Assembly (NCBI GenBank): GCA_043228905.1
Contig: JBHGNT010000001.1
Coordinates: forward strand, 11,222,001 to 11,286,000
Direction: 5' to 3'
DNA length: 64,000 nucleotides
From: Azolla caroliniana
Taxonomy: Eukaryota > Plantae > Polypodiophyta
Shown here: one piece after another, positions 39,161 to 49,907 of the stretch
Numbering within the stretch: position 1 is the first letter of the stretch
Layout: every line of letters starts with the position of its first letter
Translations under genes and position numbers: made by a program
Notes under the pieces: model-generated
Told to the model about the DNA's origin: nothing
Seen by the model: the letters and a program-made list of their open reading frames with translations, nothing else
Database searches by the model: none

Positions 39161-42100
39161 GAATGCTCACCGGATGAAGAGACATATTCGTAAATATGTT
39201 TCTAAGAGTCCATCGAGGCTATATTTGTAAATAGCCGAAAAGTCATATTAGTATAAATATGACTTAGGGCAAACTTATAGTAATGGTTGTCGTTATTTTC
39301 TTGTTGGTGCAAGAAGAGAGAGCGCGTAACAATGTACAGAGAGAGAGAGAGAGAGAACGAGGCCGTTGCCTCTGCTGTAACCGCCGCCTGTGGCGAAGAT
39401 CGTGAGCACGAGGTTGTTGCCTCCGTGAACTCACTGTTGTACATTCTAGCATAGTGATAGTTTGCAGCCTGTGGGCTGCCGTGGTTTTTTCCCTAGTTTG
39501 GGTTTTTCCACGTAAACATCCTGTGTACTCTTCTCTCCTTTGTGTCGCGTGTTTTCGGTTTCCTGTTTTCTGTGTATGATTCTAAGCTCGGTTGTGGCCG
39601 AGCGTTGTGCATAAGGAGCATTGAAGTTCTCGTCAATTGGTATCAGAGCGAAACGACACAGAAAATGGACAAATCGTTTGGCGGCATGTTCAAGCTCACC
39701 GGCTCCAACTATTCAGTGTGGAAGTCGATGATGAGGGACATGCTCGTGGTTAAAGACCTCTGGCTGCCGGTTCAGTTCGGGGACAAGAGACCGGACAAAA
39801 TCGACGCCGCGATATGGGAGGTGATGCACATGAAGACAACGGCGTACATACGGTGCTTCATCGACATGAGCTTGTACAACAACTTCAATGAGGAGAGCAA
39901 GGCTCATGAGCTCTGGGAGAAGATCGGCATGATGTTTCAAAACAAAAATGTTGTTAATCAGGTTTCCGTATTCCGGAAGCTAGTAAGACTCCGGTACCAA
40001 GATGGCTCCAGCATGGCGGAGCACATGAATGCCTTCCAGGGGCTGATACACCAGGCAACATCATTGGAAGTACCTCTCGCCGACGAGGTACTAGCGCTAC
40101 TCCCACTCGGTTCCCTCCCAGATAGCTGGGAGACGTTGGTTGTCACTTTGGGCAACGCCGGGCTGGAAGGAAAGCGGTTATCCCTAGCAAGAGTAAAGTC
40201 GAGCTTGGTAGATGAGGAGGCGCGTCGGAAAGATAAAGATACGAGCTTCGACTGCAAAGCGCTCCTTACCGAATCGGAACGCGGAAGACAGAGAAATCGT
40301 AGTCCCCAGAACCGGGAGAAGTCGAGGACACGGCCAAAGTCAAGGGGGAGGCCCACTTGCTTCTATTGCGGCAAGCCGGGACACTTCCAAAAGAACTATC
40401 GGCATTTCCGTAAAGACAATGAAACCGACGGTACCAATTCGAAGCGGACCCCGGACCGGAACGGTAAAGACCGGAGGGGAACGAACCGGAAGGGAACGAC
40501 GGCAATCGCGGCAAGTGAAGAAGAGTTGATGTTCATCACCGAGGAGAGTGAGATAAACCTTGCCAGCGACGAGATGACCTAGGTGGTAGACTCCGGAGCA
40601 TCGTTCCACCTTACCCCGGACCGGAAATGCTTCTCATCCTACTCAGCCGGTGATCACGGCTGTGTCCGGATGGGGAATGAAGGTACATGCCGAATTGTCG
40701 GCATAGGAGACGTGTGGCTGTAAACACCAACCAGATGCAAGTTGCTGCTGAAGGATGTCCGACACGTTCCGGAGGTTCGTCTGAACCTGATATCAGTCGG
40801 TCGGCTAGATGATGAAGGCTACACTAGTAGCATCCGGAACGGTGTCATGAAGTTCAGCAAAGGGAGCCTGATTGTGGCTCGGGCCCGGAAGGTCAACACA
40901 TTGTACTTGATGAATGCCCGGTTATGTCCGGAAGAAGTGAACGTGGCATCTGACACTGCCGGTGAGCTGTGGCACAAGAGGCTGTGTCATATGAGCGAGA
41001 AGGGGATGAGGAGGCTTGCAGACGACAACCTCATTCCAGTGAAGAACGTGCACTTGGAGAAGTGCACTGATTGTTTGGCCGGTAAGGAAAACCAGACCTC
41101 CTTCCGATCAAGGCCACCGATGAGATGTAATGCACCACTGGAGTTGGTGCATACGGATGTGTGTCAGGTAGACACGAAGTCACATGCCGGAGCGCAGTAC
41201 TTCATGACTTTCATAGATGACCACAGCCGGAAGCTGTGGGCCACACCGTTGAAGACAAAGGATCAGGTGCTATCCGTCTTCAAAGAGCTCCACGCGAGAG
41301 TGGAAAGAGAAACTGGCCGGAAGCTAAAGGCGGTTCGAGCAGATAACGGAGGAGAATACCGGGGGCAATTCGAGGAGTACTGCCGCTCGAAGGGAATCCG
41401 GCTCAAATTTACCGTGCCGAAGACGCCGGAACTAAACGGGCTGGCCGAGAGGATGAACCGGACCATAATGGAGAGGGTCTGGAGTATGCTAGCACATGCA
41501 AAACTACCCAAGAAGTTTTGGGCTGAGGCACTGTCGACGGCGACATATGTGATAAATAGATCACCCTTAGTACCCTTGGACGGAGACACGCCACAGAGAG
41601 TGTGGACCGGTAAGGAAGTATCCTACCGGCATCTGAAGGTGTTCGGGTGTCTCGCGTACGTGCATGTAGCTAAGGACCGGAGAGGAAAGTTAGATCCAAA
41701 GACTCGGCCATGCATATTCCTCGGTTACGGTGACGATGAGTTCGGCTACCGAGTGTGGGACCCGGTCGACAAGAAGGTATTCTGGAGTCGAGATATTATC
41801 TTCATGGAGGACAAGACGCTCGCCGACTGGGAGTCGGAGAAGAAGATAATGGACTCCGAGTCGACCTGTAAGGATCGACTCTACGATGAGCAGACCCAAC
41901 CGGCGAGAGACCGGTTAGCACTCGAAGAACCAGCCGGATACGGTGAGGATACCGAACAAGCTGAAGAAGAAGTAGAGGAAGCCGAAATCGGAACCGGCCA
42001 AGACCCCGAATTGGATTGGGATGAAGAGCAAATGGAGGAGCTGGTTACCGAAGCCCGAAGACAAAGATATCCTCTCAGAGAGAGAAGGGTCCCCTGGAGA

Positions 42101-42785
42101 TTTCCGGATGCAGAGCATGTTCTGCTGACCGATGAGGGGGAGCCAGAAAGCTTCGAAGAAGCGAAGGATGACACCCACAACCGCAAATGGTTAAGTGCCA
42201 TGCAGGATGAGATGGATTCCCTACATGAAAACCATACGTACGAATTGGTGGAGTTACCGAAAGGAAAGCGGGCACTCCGAAACAAGTGGGTGTACAAGTT
42301 GAAACCAGGAGATGCCGGCAACCCCCCGAGATACAAAGCCAGGATCGTGGTGAAGGGGTTCCAGCAGAAGAAGGGTGTGGACTTCGACGAGATATTTGCC
42401 CCGGTTGTAAAGATGACCTCCATCCGGACGGTGCTGAGTATAGCAGCAAGCATGGACCTTTAGGTAGAGCAGCTGGACGTGAAGACGGCATTCCTTCACG
42501 GCGATCTCGAAGAGGAGATCTACATGCAGCAACCAGCGGGATTTGTGGAGAAAGGGAAGGAACACTTGGTATGCCGGCTGAAGAAGAGCCTCTACGGGTT
42601 GAAGCAGGCCCCCCGACAATGGTACCGGAAGTTAGACTCCTTCATGACCGATCAAGGGTACCACAAGACGCAGGCCGATCACTGCGTGTTTGTGAAGAAG
42701 TTCAAAGGAGGCGAGTTCCTGATACTCCTTCTGTACGTGGATGACATGTTGATCGTCAAACGGGACCAAGCCAAAATACGGATGC

Positions 42786-45700
42786 TGTTGGGATTGCGGT
42801 CCCTTCGCATGGGATGGTCGGATATCGGAGATGAATGCCGACGAGCCCGGTTTCGGTTTCGGATCCGGATGACGAAGACCCCGGTTTCGGTACCGGATGA
42901 CGAATGTACCCGGAGAGTGATCCGGATGCAGGGACATATCCGTGAATATGTTCGCTATGGGCCCCTGAGGCTACAGTTGTAAATAGCCCAAAGTCATATA
43001 GGTATAAATATGACTTAGGGCAAACAGTTTTGTGGTTGCTTCTCATTTTTCTGTTTTTCCACTTTAGAGGAGTGAAGGGGGAGCAGCCGTGAGAGGGAGA
43101 GAGATAGAGGGCGAGAGAGGAAGAGGACGACGCCTCTGTGTATTTCCGCCGCCTGTGGCGAGGACAGCGAGCTCAAGGTCGTCGCCTTGGAGCTCGTCAT
43201 TGTATACTTCTCTGTATAGCGTTGTTTGGAGTCTTGTACTCCCGTGGTTTTTCCCATCTGGGTTTTCCACGTTAATCCCTGTGTACTCGCGTTTCTTTTG
43301 TTTCTTGCGTGGTTCCTATTTTCTGCTCCATTGATCCGCGATTACTCGGTTGTGGCTGAGCGAAGAAGGTGAATCGAAGCGTCTATTCCTTACAAACTGG
43401 TATCAGAGCGACTGTTGCAGAAAATGGAAGGCGGCGGCAGCGGGCAGCCGGGGATGATGGTGCTGAATGCACAGAATTACGCCGACTGGAAGATCAAGAT
43501 GGAGGATCTTCTGATTGTTCGGGACCTGTACGAACCGATTGACAGGTCGGAAATACCGAAGGGGGTACTTGAGTCGGAGTGGAAGCTCCTGAACCGGAAA
43601 GCCGTAGCGACGATCCGACAATATGTCGATGTAAGCGTCCTACAACATGTGGCAAACGACACCAACGCATATGAAATGTGGAAGAAGCTGTCGGGCCTCT
43701 ACGAGAGGAAGAATGCGTTGAATCGGACCTCCCTGATGAGGAAGATAGTGAATCTCAAGTACCGGGACGGCGAGAGTATGGTGGAACACGTGAGCACGTT
43801 CATGGGATTCGTGAACCAGCTTGCGGCGATCAAGTTCCCGTTGGAGGATGCAATGCAAGCCATCATCCTGATGTGTACATTGCCGGACAGCTGGGAGAAC
43901 TTGGTGGTGACTCTCAGCACCTCCTGCACCGAAGATAACTTGTCCTTGCAAACGGTAAAGACAAGTATTTTGAACGAAGAAGCGCGTCGGAGAGATAAAG
44001 AACTGGCCTCCGACCCGAAGGCGCTGCTTACCGAATCGGATCGGGGAAGACAATGGAACCGGAGTCCGCAAAGACGGGAGAAGTCGGGGACCCGATCGCA
44101 GTCAAGAGGAAGACCCACATGCTTCCACTGTGGGAAGCCGGGGCACTTCCGAAAGAATTGTCGGCATTACCGAAAAGACAACGGAGCCGACGACTCCGAT
44201 TCGAAGAAGTCACCGGAGAGAAACGGTGCATACCGGGGAGCCACGGACCGGAGAGGTTCGGATCGGCGAGGGCAGGACCGGAAAGGAACGACGGCACTCG
44301 CGGCAAGTGAGGAAGAAATCATGCTCATCACCGAAGAAGGTGAGCTAAACATTGCCGGCGATGAGACGACCTGGGTGGTCGATTCCGGAGCATCGTTCCA
44401 CCTGACCCCGGAGAGAAGATACTTCTCATCCTACACAGCCGGTGAGCATGGCTGTGTTCGGATGGGAAACGAAGGTATGTGCCGGATTGCTGGCATAGGA
44501 GATGTGTGGTTGACAACCCCGACCGGATGCAAAATGCTGCTGAAGAATGTCCGACACGTTCCGGAGGTCCGACTGAACCTGATTTCGGCCGGGAGGCTAG
44601 ATGACGAAGGCTACACGGGTAGCATCCAGAACGGCGTAATGAAGTTCAGCAAGGGGAGCCTGATAGTGGCTCGGGCCCGGAAAGAAAACACACTGTACCT
44701 GATGAATGCCCGGTTATGTCCGGAAGAGCTGAATGTGGCAGCCGACACTGCCGGTGAGCTGTGGCACAAAAGACTGTGCCACATGAGTGAGAAGGGGATG
44801 AAGAGGCTTGCAGAAGACAACCTTATCCCAGTGAAGCATGTGCACCTGGAGAAGTGCACCGATTGCCTGGCCGGTAAGCAGAACCGAACTTCCTTCCACT
44901 CAAGGCCACCGACGAGACGTAGCGCACCATTGGAGTTGGTGCACACTGATGTGTGTCAGGTAGAAACGAAGTCACATGGCGGAGCCCAGTACTTCGTAAC
45001 ATTCATCGATGATCATAGCCGAAAACTGTGGACGGCACCGATGAAGACAAAGGACCAAGTGTTGTGCGTCTTCAAAGAACTCCACGCGAGAGTGGAAAGG
45101 GAATCCGGCAAGAAGCTGAAAGCAATACGAGCGGATAACGGAGGGGAATACCGGGGGCAGTTCCAGGAGTACTGTCGCTCGAAGGGAATCCGACTCGAGT
45201 TTACTGTGCCGAAGACGCCGGAACTGAACGGGCTGGCCGAGAGGATGAACCGGACCATAATGGAGAGGGTTCGGAGTATGCTGGCGCATGCGAAATTACC
45301 CAAGGGGTTTTGGGCTGAGGCAATGTCGACGGCGACATGTGTGATAAACCGATCACCCTCAGTACCTTTGGACGGAGACACGCCGCAGAGAGTGTGGACC
45401 GGTAGGGAAGTATCCTACCGGCATCTGAAGGTGTTCGGGTGTCTCGCATACGTGCACGTGGCGAAGGACCGGAGAGGAAAGCTAGATCCGAAGACCCGGC
45501 CATGCATATTCCTCGGTTACGGCGACGACGAGTTCGGCTACCGAGTATGGGACCCGGTCGACAAGAAGATATTCAGGAGTCGAGACATCGTCTTTATGGA
45601 GGACAAGACACTCGCCGACTGGGAGTCGGAGAAGAAGATGAAGAGCTCCAAGTCAACTGGTGAGGAGAAACTCTACGAGGAGCAGCCCCGACCGGCATGG

Positions 45701-48119
45701 GACCGGTTAGCACTCGAGGACCCGGCCGAAGACAGTGAAGAAACAGAACCGGCCGAAGAAGATGAAAATGATACCGGAACCGGCCCCGATCCCGAAATGG
45801 ATTCGGATGAAGAAGAAGAATTGGAAGAACCGGTTACCGAAGCTCCGGAACGGAGATATCCTCTGAGAGAGAGAAGGGCCCCCCGGAGATTTCCGGAACC
45901 AGAGCACGTGTTGCTAACCGACGAGGGGGAGCCGGAGAGCTTTGAAGAAGCACAGCATGACACCCAGAGCCGCAGGTGGTTGAGTGCCATGCAGGACGAG
46001 ATGGATTCCCTGCATGAGAACCACACATATGAACTTGTGGAGTTGCCGAAAGGAAAACGGGCACTCCGTAACAAGTGGGTGTTCAAGCTGAAACCGGGAG
46101 ATGCCGGAAACCCCCCGAGATACAAAGCCAGGATCGTGGTGAAGGGGTTTCAGCAGAAGAAGGGCGTCGACTTCGACGAGATATTTGCCCCGGTAGTGAA
46201 GATGACCTCCATCCGGACGGTGCTGAGCATAGCGGCAAGCATGGACCTCGAGGTAGAACAAATGGACGTGAAGACGGCATTCCTTCACGGTGACCTCGAA
46301 GAAGAGATCTACATGCAGCAACCGGAAGGATTCGAGAAGAAAGGGAAGGAGCACCTGGTATGCCGGTTGAAGAAGAGCCTTTACGGACTGAAGCAGGCTC
46401 CCCGGCAATGGTACCGGAAGTTCGACTCCTTCATGACCGACGAAGGGTACCTCAAAACGCAGTCCGACCACTGCGTGTTTGTGAAGAAGTTCGAAGGAGG
46501 AGACTTTCTAATACTCCTCCTGTACGTGGACGACATGTTGATCGTCGGACGGGACCAGGTCAAGATACGGATGCTGAAGAAGGCTCTTCACCGAACCTTC
46601 TCAATGAAGGACCTGGGTCCGGCGAGGCAAATACTAGGGATGCACATCATCCGGGACCGGAAGAAGAAGCAGTTGTGGCTGTCACAGGAGAAGTATGTGA
46701 CGAAGGTGCTTCACCGGTTCAACATGTCGGAAGCAAGACCGGTCGGATCGACCCTCCCGACAAACTGCAAGTTGTCCAGCAAGCAAAGTCCCAAGACAAA
46801 GGCTGAAAAGGAGGATATGATGAAAGTGCCGTATGCCTCAGCCATCGGGAGCTTGATGTACGCCATGGTGTGTACGAGACCGGACATCGGATATGCAGTC
46901 GGAGTGGTGAGCCGGTACATGAGCAATCCCGGCAAAGAGCATTGGAACGCGGCCAAGTGGATACTCCGATACCTGAAGGGCACAGCAAACGTGTGCCTCC
47001 GATTCGGCTCCGGAAAGCCCGAACTCGACGGCTTTACCGAATCGGATATGTCGGCTGATGCAGATACCAGCCGGTCCACATCAGGGTATGTGATGACGTA
47101 TGCAGGGGGAGCTGTTTCATGGCAGTCGAGGCTGCAGAAGACGGTTGCGTTGTCAACCACGGAGGCGGAGTACATGGCGGCTGTTGAAGCCGGCAAGGAA
47201 ATAATATGGATGAAGGACTTCATTAGAGAGCTCGGTATCCGACAGGAGGAGTACCGACTCTACTGCGACAGTCAGAGTGCAATCCACCTTGCAAAGAACG
47301 CGGCCTATCACTCCCGGACGAAGCACATCCAGCGAAGATATCACTGGATCCGGGAAAGGATAGAAGACAAGGAGTTCGTGCTGACGAAGATCCACACGGA
47401 CGAGAACGGGTCGGATATGCTGACCAAGGTGCTCACACCCGACAAGCTGGAAGCATGCCGGAAGAGGATCGGATTGGAGAGACATCCCATGCCGAAGTGA
47501 AGGGGGAGTTTGTTGGGATTGCGGTCCCTTCGCATGGGATGGTCGGATATCGGAGATGAATGCCGACGAGCCCGGTTTCGGTTTCGGATCCGGATGACGA
47601 AGACCCCGGTTTCGGTACCGGATGACGAATGTACCCGGAGAGCGATCCGGATGCAGGGACATATCCGTGAATATGTTCGCTATGGGCCCCTGAGGCTACA
47701 GTTGTAAATAGCCCAAAGTCATATAGGTATAAATATGACTTAGGGCAAACAGTTTTGTGGTTGCTTCTCATTTTTCTGTTTTTCCACTTTAGAGGAGTGA
47801 AGGGGGAGCAGCCGTGAGAGGGAGAGAGATAGAGGGCGAGAGAGGAAGAGGACGACGCCTCTGTGTATTTCCGCCGCCTGTGGCGAGGACAGCGAGCTCA
47901 AGGTCGTCGCCTTGGAGCTCGTCATTGTATACTTCTCTGTATAGCGTTGTTTGGAGTCTTGTACTCCCGTGGTTTTTCCCGTCTGGGTTTTCCACGTTAA
48001 TCCCTGTGTACTCGCGTTTCTTTTGTTTCTTGCGTGGTTCCTATTTTCTGCTCCATTGATCCGCGATTACTCGGTTGTGGCTGAGCGAAGAAGGTGAATC
48101 GAAGCGTCTATTCCTTACA
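42786..48119 (+). mobile_element. Copia J: intact young element, TSD GATGC
   Basis: TSD at 42781-42785 and 48120-48124; 609-bp LTRs 42786-43394 and 47511-48119 with two visible differences; PBS 43398-43409; PPT about 47499-47508. Confidence 0.96.
43424..47500 (+). CDS. Copia J Gag-Pol polyprotein, about 1358 aa
   Basis: One ORF; CFHCGKPGHFRKNC, WVVDSGAS, HTDVC...ADNGGE...NGLAER, YVDD; RNase H reads GFTESD. Confidence 0.94.
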   Translation: MEGGGSGQPGMMVLNAQNYADWKIKMEDLLIVRDLYEPIDRSEIPKGVLESEWKLLNRKAVATIRQYVDVSVLQHVANDTNAYEMWKKLSGLYERKNALNRTSLMRKIVNLKYRDGESMVEHVSTFMGFVNQLAAIKFPLEDAMQAIILMCTLPDSWENLVVTLSTSCTEDNLSLQTVKTSILNEEARRRDKELASDPKALLTESDRGRQWNRSPQRREKSGTRSQSRGRPTCFHCGKPGHFRKNCRHYRKDNGADDSDSKKSPERNGAYRGATDRRGSDRRGQDRKGTTALAASEEEIMLITEEGELNIAGDETTWVVDSGASFHLTPERRYFSSYTAGEHGCVRMGNEGMCRIAGIGDVWLTTPTGCKMLLKNVRHVPEVRLNLISAGRLDDEGYTGSIQNGVMKFSKGSLIVARARKENTLYLMNARLCPEELNVAADTAGELWHKRLCHMSEKGMKRLAEDNLIPVKHVHLEKCTDCLAGKQNRTSFHSRPPTRRSAPLELVHTDVCQVETKSHGGAQYFVTFIDDHSRKLWTAPMKTKDQVLCVFKELHARVERESGKKLKAIRADNGGEYRGQFQEYCRSKGIRLEFTVPKTPELNGLAERMNRTIMERVRSMLAHAKLPKGFWAEAMSTATCVINRSPSVPLDGDTPQRVWTGREVSYRHLKVFGCLAYVHVAKDRRGKLDPKTRPCIFLGYGDDEFGYRVWDPVDKKIFRSRDIVFMEDKTLADWESEKKMKSSKSTGEEKLYEEQPRPAWDRLALEDPAEDSEETEPAEEDENDTGTGPDPEMDSDEEEELEEPVTEAPERRYPLRERRAPRRFPEPEHVLLTDEGEPESFEEAQHDTQSRRWLSAMQDEMDSLHENHTYELVELPKGKRALRNKWVFKLKPGDAGNPPRYKARIVVKGFQQKKGVDFDEIFAPVVKMTSIRTVLSIAASMDLEVEQMDVKTAFLHGDLEEEIYMQQPEGFEKKGKEHLVCRLKKSLYGLKQAPRQWYRKFDSFMTDEGYLKTQSDHCVFVKKFEGGDFLILLLYVDDMLIVGRDQVKIRMLKKALHRTFSMKDLGPARQILGMHIIRDRKKKQLWLSQEKYVTKVLHRFNMSEARPVGSTLPTNCKLSSKQSPKTKAEKEDMMKVPYASAIGSLMYAMVCTRPDIGYAVGVVSRYMSNPGKEHWNAAKWILRYLKGTANVCLRFGSGKPELDGFTESDMSADADTSRSTSGYVMTYAGGAVSWQSRLQKTVALSTTEAEYMAAVEAGKEIIWMKDFIRELGIRQEEYRLYCDSQSAIHLAKNAAYHSRTKHIQRRYHWIRERIEDKEFVLTKIHTDENGSDMLTKVLTPDKLEACRKRIGLERHPMPK

Positions 48120-49694
48120 GATGCTGAAGAAGGCCCTCAACCGGACCTTCTCAATGAAAGACTTGGGTCCGGCAAGACAGATGTTGGGGATGCATATTAT
48201 CCGGAACCGGTCAGCGAAGCAATTATGGCTGTCACAGGAGAAGTACGTGACAAAGGTGTTTCACCGGTTCAACATGTCAGATGCGAAACCGGTCGGATCG
48301 ACACTTCCGGCAAACTACAGGTTATCTGGTAAGCAAAGCTCGAAGACAAAAGCAGAGAAGGTGGATATGATTAAGATTCCATATGCCTCTGCCGTCGGGA
48401 GCCTAATGTACGCAATGGTGTGTACTCGACCGGATATAGGATATGCAGTCGGAGTGGTGAGCCAGTTCATGAGCAATCCCGGCAAGGAGCACTGGAACGC
48501 GGTCAAATGGATACTCCGGTATTTGAAGGGCACTTCAAATATGTGTCTCCGATTCGGCTCCGGAAAACCTCAACTTGACGGTTTCACCGATTCAGACATG
48601 TCGGCTGATGTGGATACCAGCCGGTCTACATCCGGGTATGTAATGACATATGCTGGGGGAGCTGTTTCGTGGCAGTCGAGGCTGCAGAAGACGGTTGCAT
48701 TGTCAACCACGGAGGTGGAGTACATGGCAGCTATGGAAGCCGGCAAGGAAATATTATGGATGAAGGACTTCATCGGAGAGCTCGGTATCCGGCTCTATTG
48801 CGACAGTCAAAGTGCCATCCATCTTGCTAAGAATGCGGCCTACCATTCCCGGACGAAGCATATCCGGCGAAGATATCACTGGATCCGGGAAAGAGTAGAT
48901 GACCAAGAGTTCGCGCTGATGAAGATCCACACGGCCGAGAACGGGTCAAATATGCTGACCAAAGGGCTGATACCCGACAAGCTGGATGCATGCCGGAAGA
49001 GAATCGGACTAGTAAGACACCCCATGCCGGAGTGAAGGGGGAGTTTGTTGGGAGACAGGTCCCTCTGGATGGGAAGGGAGAAGAATAGAGCCGACGAACA
49101 ATCTCGGCCGAGGCCGAAACCGGAAGAGGAGTACCCGGCTACGGAGAGCCGGATGGTGCAGACCCGGTGAGAACCGTATGAGGAGGACCCGGCTACGGAG
49201 AGCCGGATGGTACAGACCCGGTATGAACCGGATGAGGAGTACCCGGCTATGGAGAGCCGGATGGTGCAGGCCCGGTATGAACCGGATGAGGAGTACCCGG
49301 CTACGGAGAGCCGGATGGTGCAGACCCGGTGAGGAATGGTCACCGGATGAAGAGACATATTCGTAAATATGTTTCTAAGAGTCCATCGAGGCTATATTTG
49401 TAAATAGCCGAAAAGTCATATTAGTATAAATATGACTTAGGGCAAACTTATAGTAATGGTTGTCGTTATTTTCTTGTTGGTGCAAGAAGAGAGAGCGCGT
49501 AACAATGTACAGAGAGAGAGAGAGAGAGAACAAGGTCGTTGCCTCTGCTGTAACCACCGCCTGTGGCGAAGATCGTGAGCACGAGGTTGTTGCCTCTGTG
49601 AACTCACTGTTGTACATTCTAGCATAGTGATAGTTTGCAGCCTGTGGGCTGCCGTGGTTTTTTCCCTAGTTTGGGTTTTTCCACATAAACATCC

Positions 49695-49868
49695 TGTCGA
49701 ATACATGTGTATAATGGACGTATTCACACTATCCCGTTTCGGCCATTTATGTAATTAGCATAAAGGGTAGTTGCCCTAAGTTGGTCACTATATATATTGA
49801 CCCTGTAACCTCTTTGTGAGGTTGGTTGTTGTATTATTTGCTTTATGAAATAAAGACTCTCTTTTGTG

Positions 49869-49907
<39 letters not shown>

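Larger units (their letters stand above)
39665..49035 (+). pseudogene. Copia I gag-pol with in-frame stops, interrupted by J
   Basis: ORF pieces 39665-40582, 40742-42463, 42479-42785 and 48120-49035; pol closely similar to J. Confidence 0.92.
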
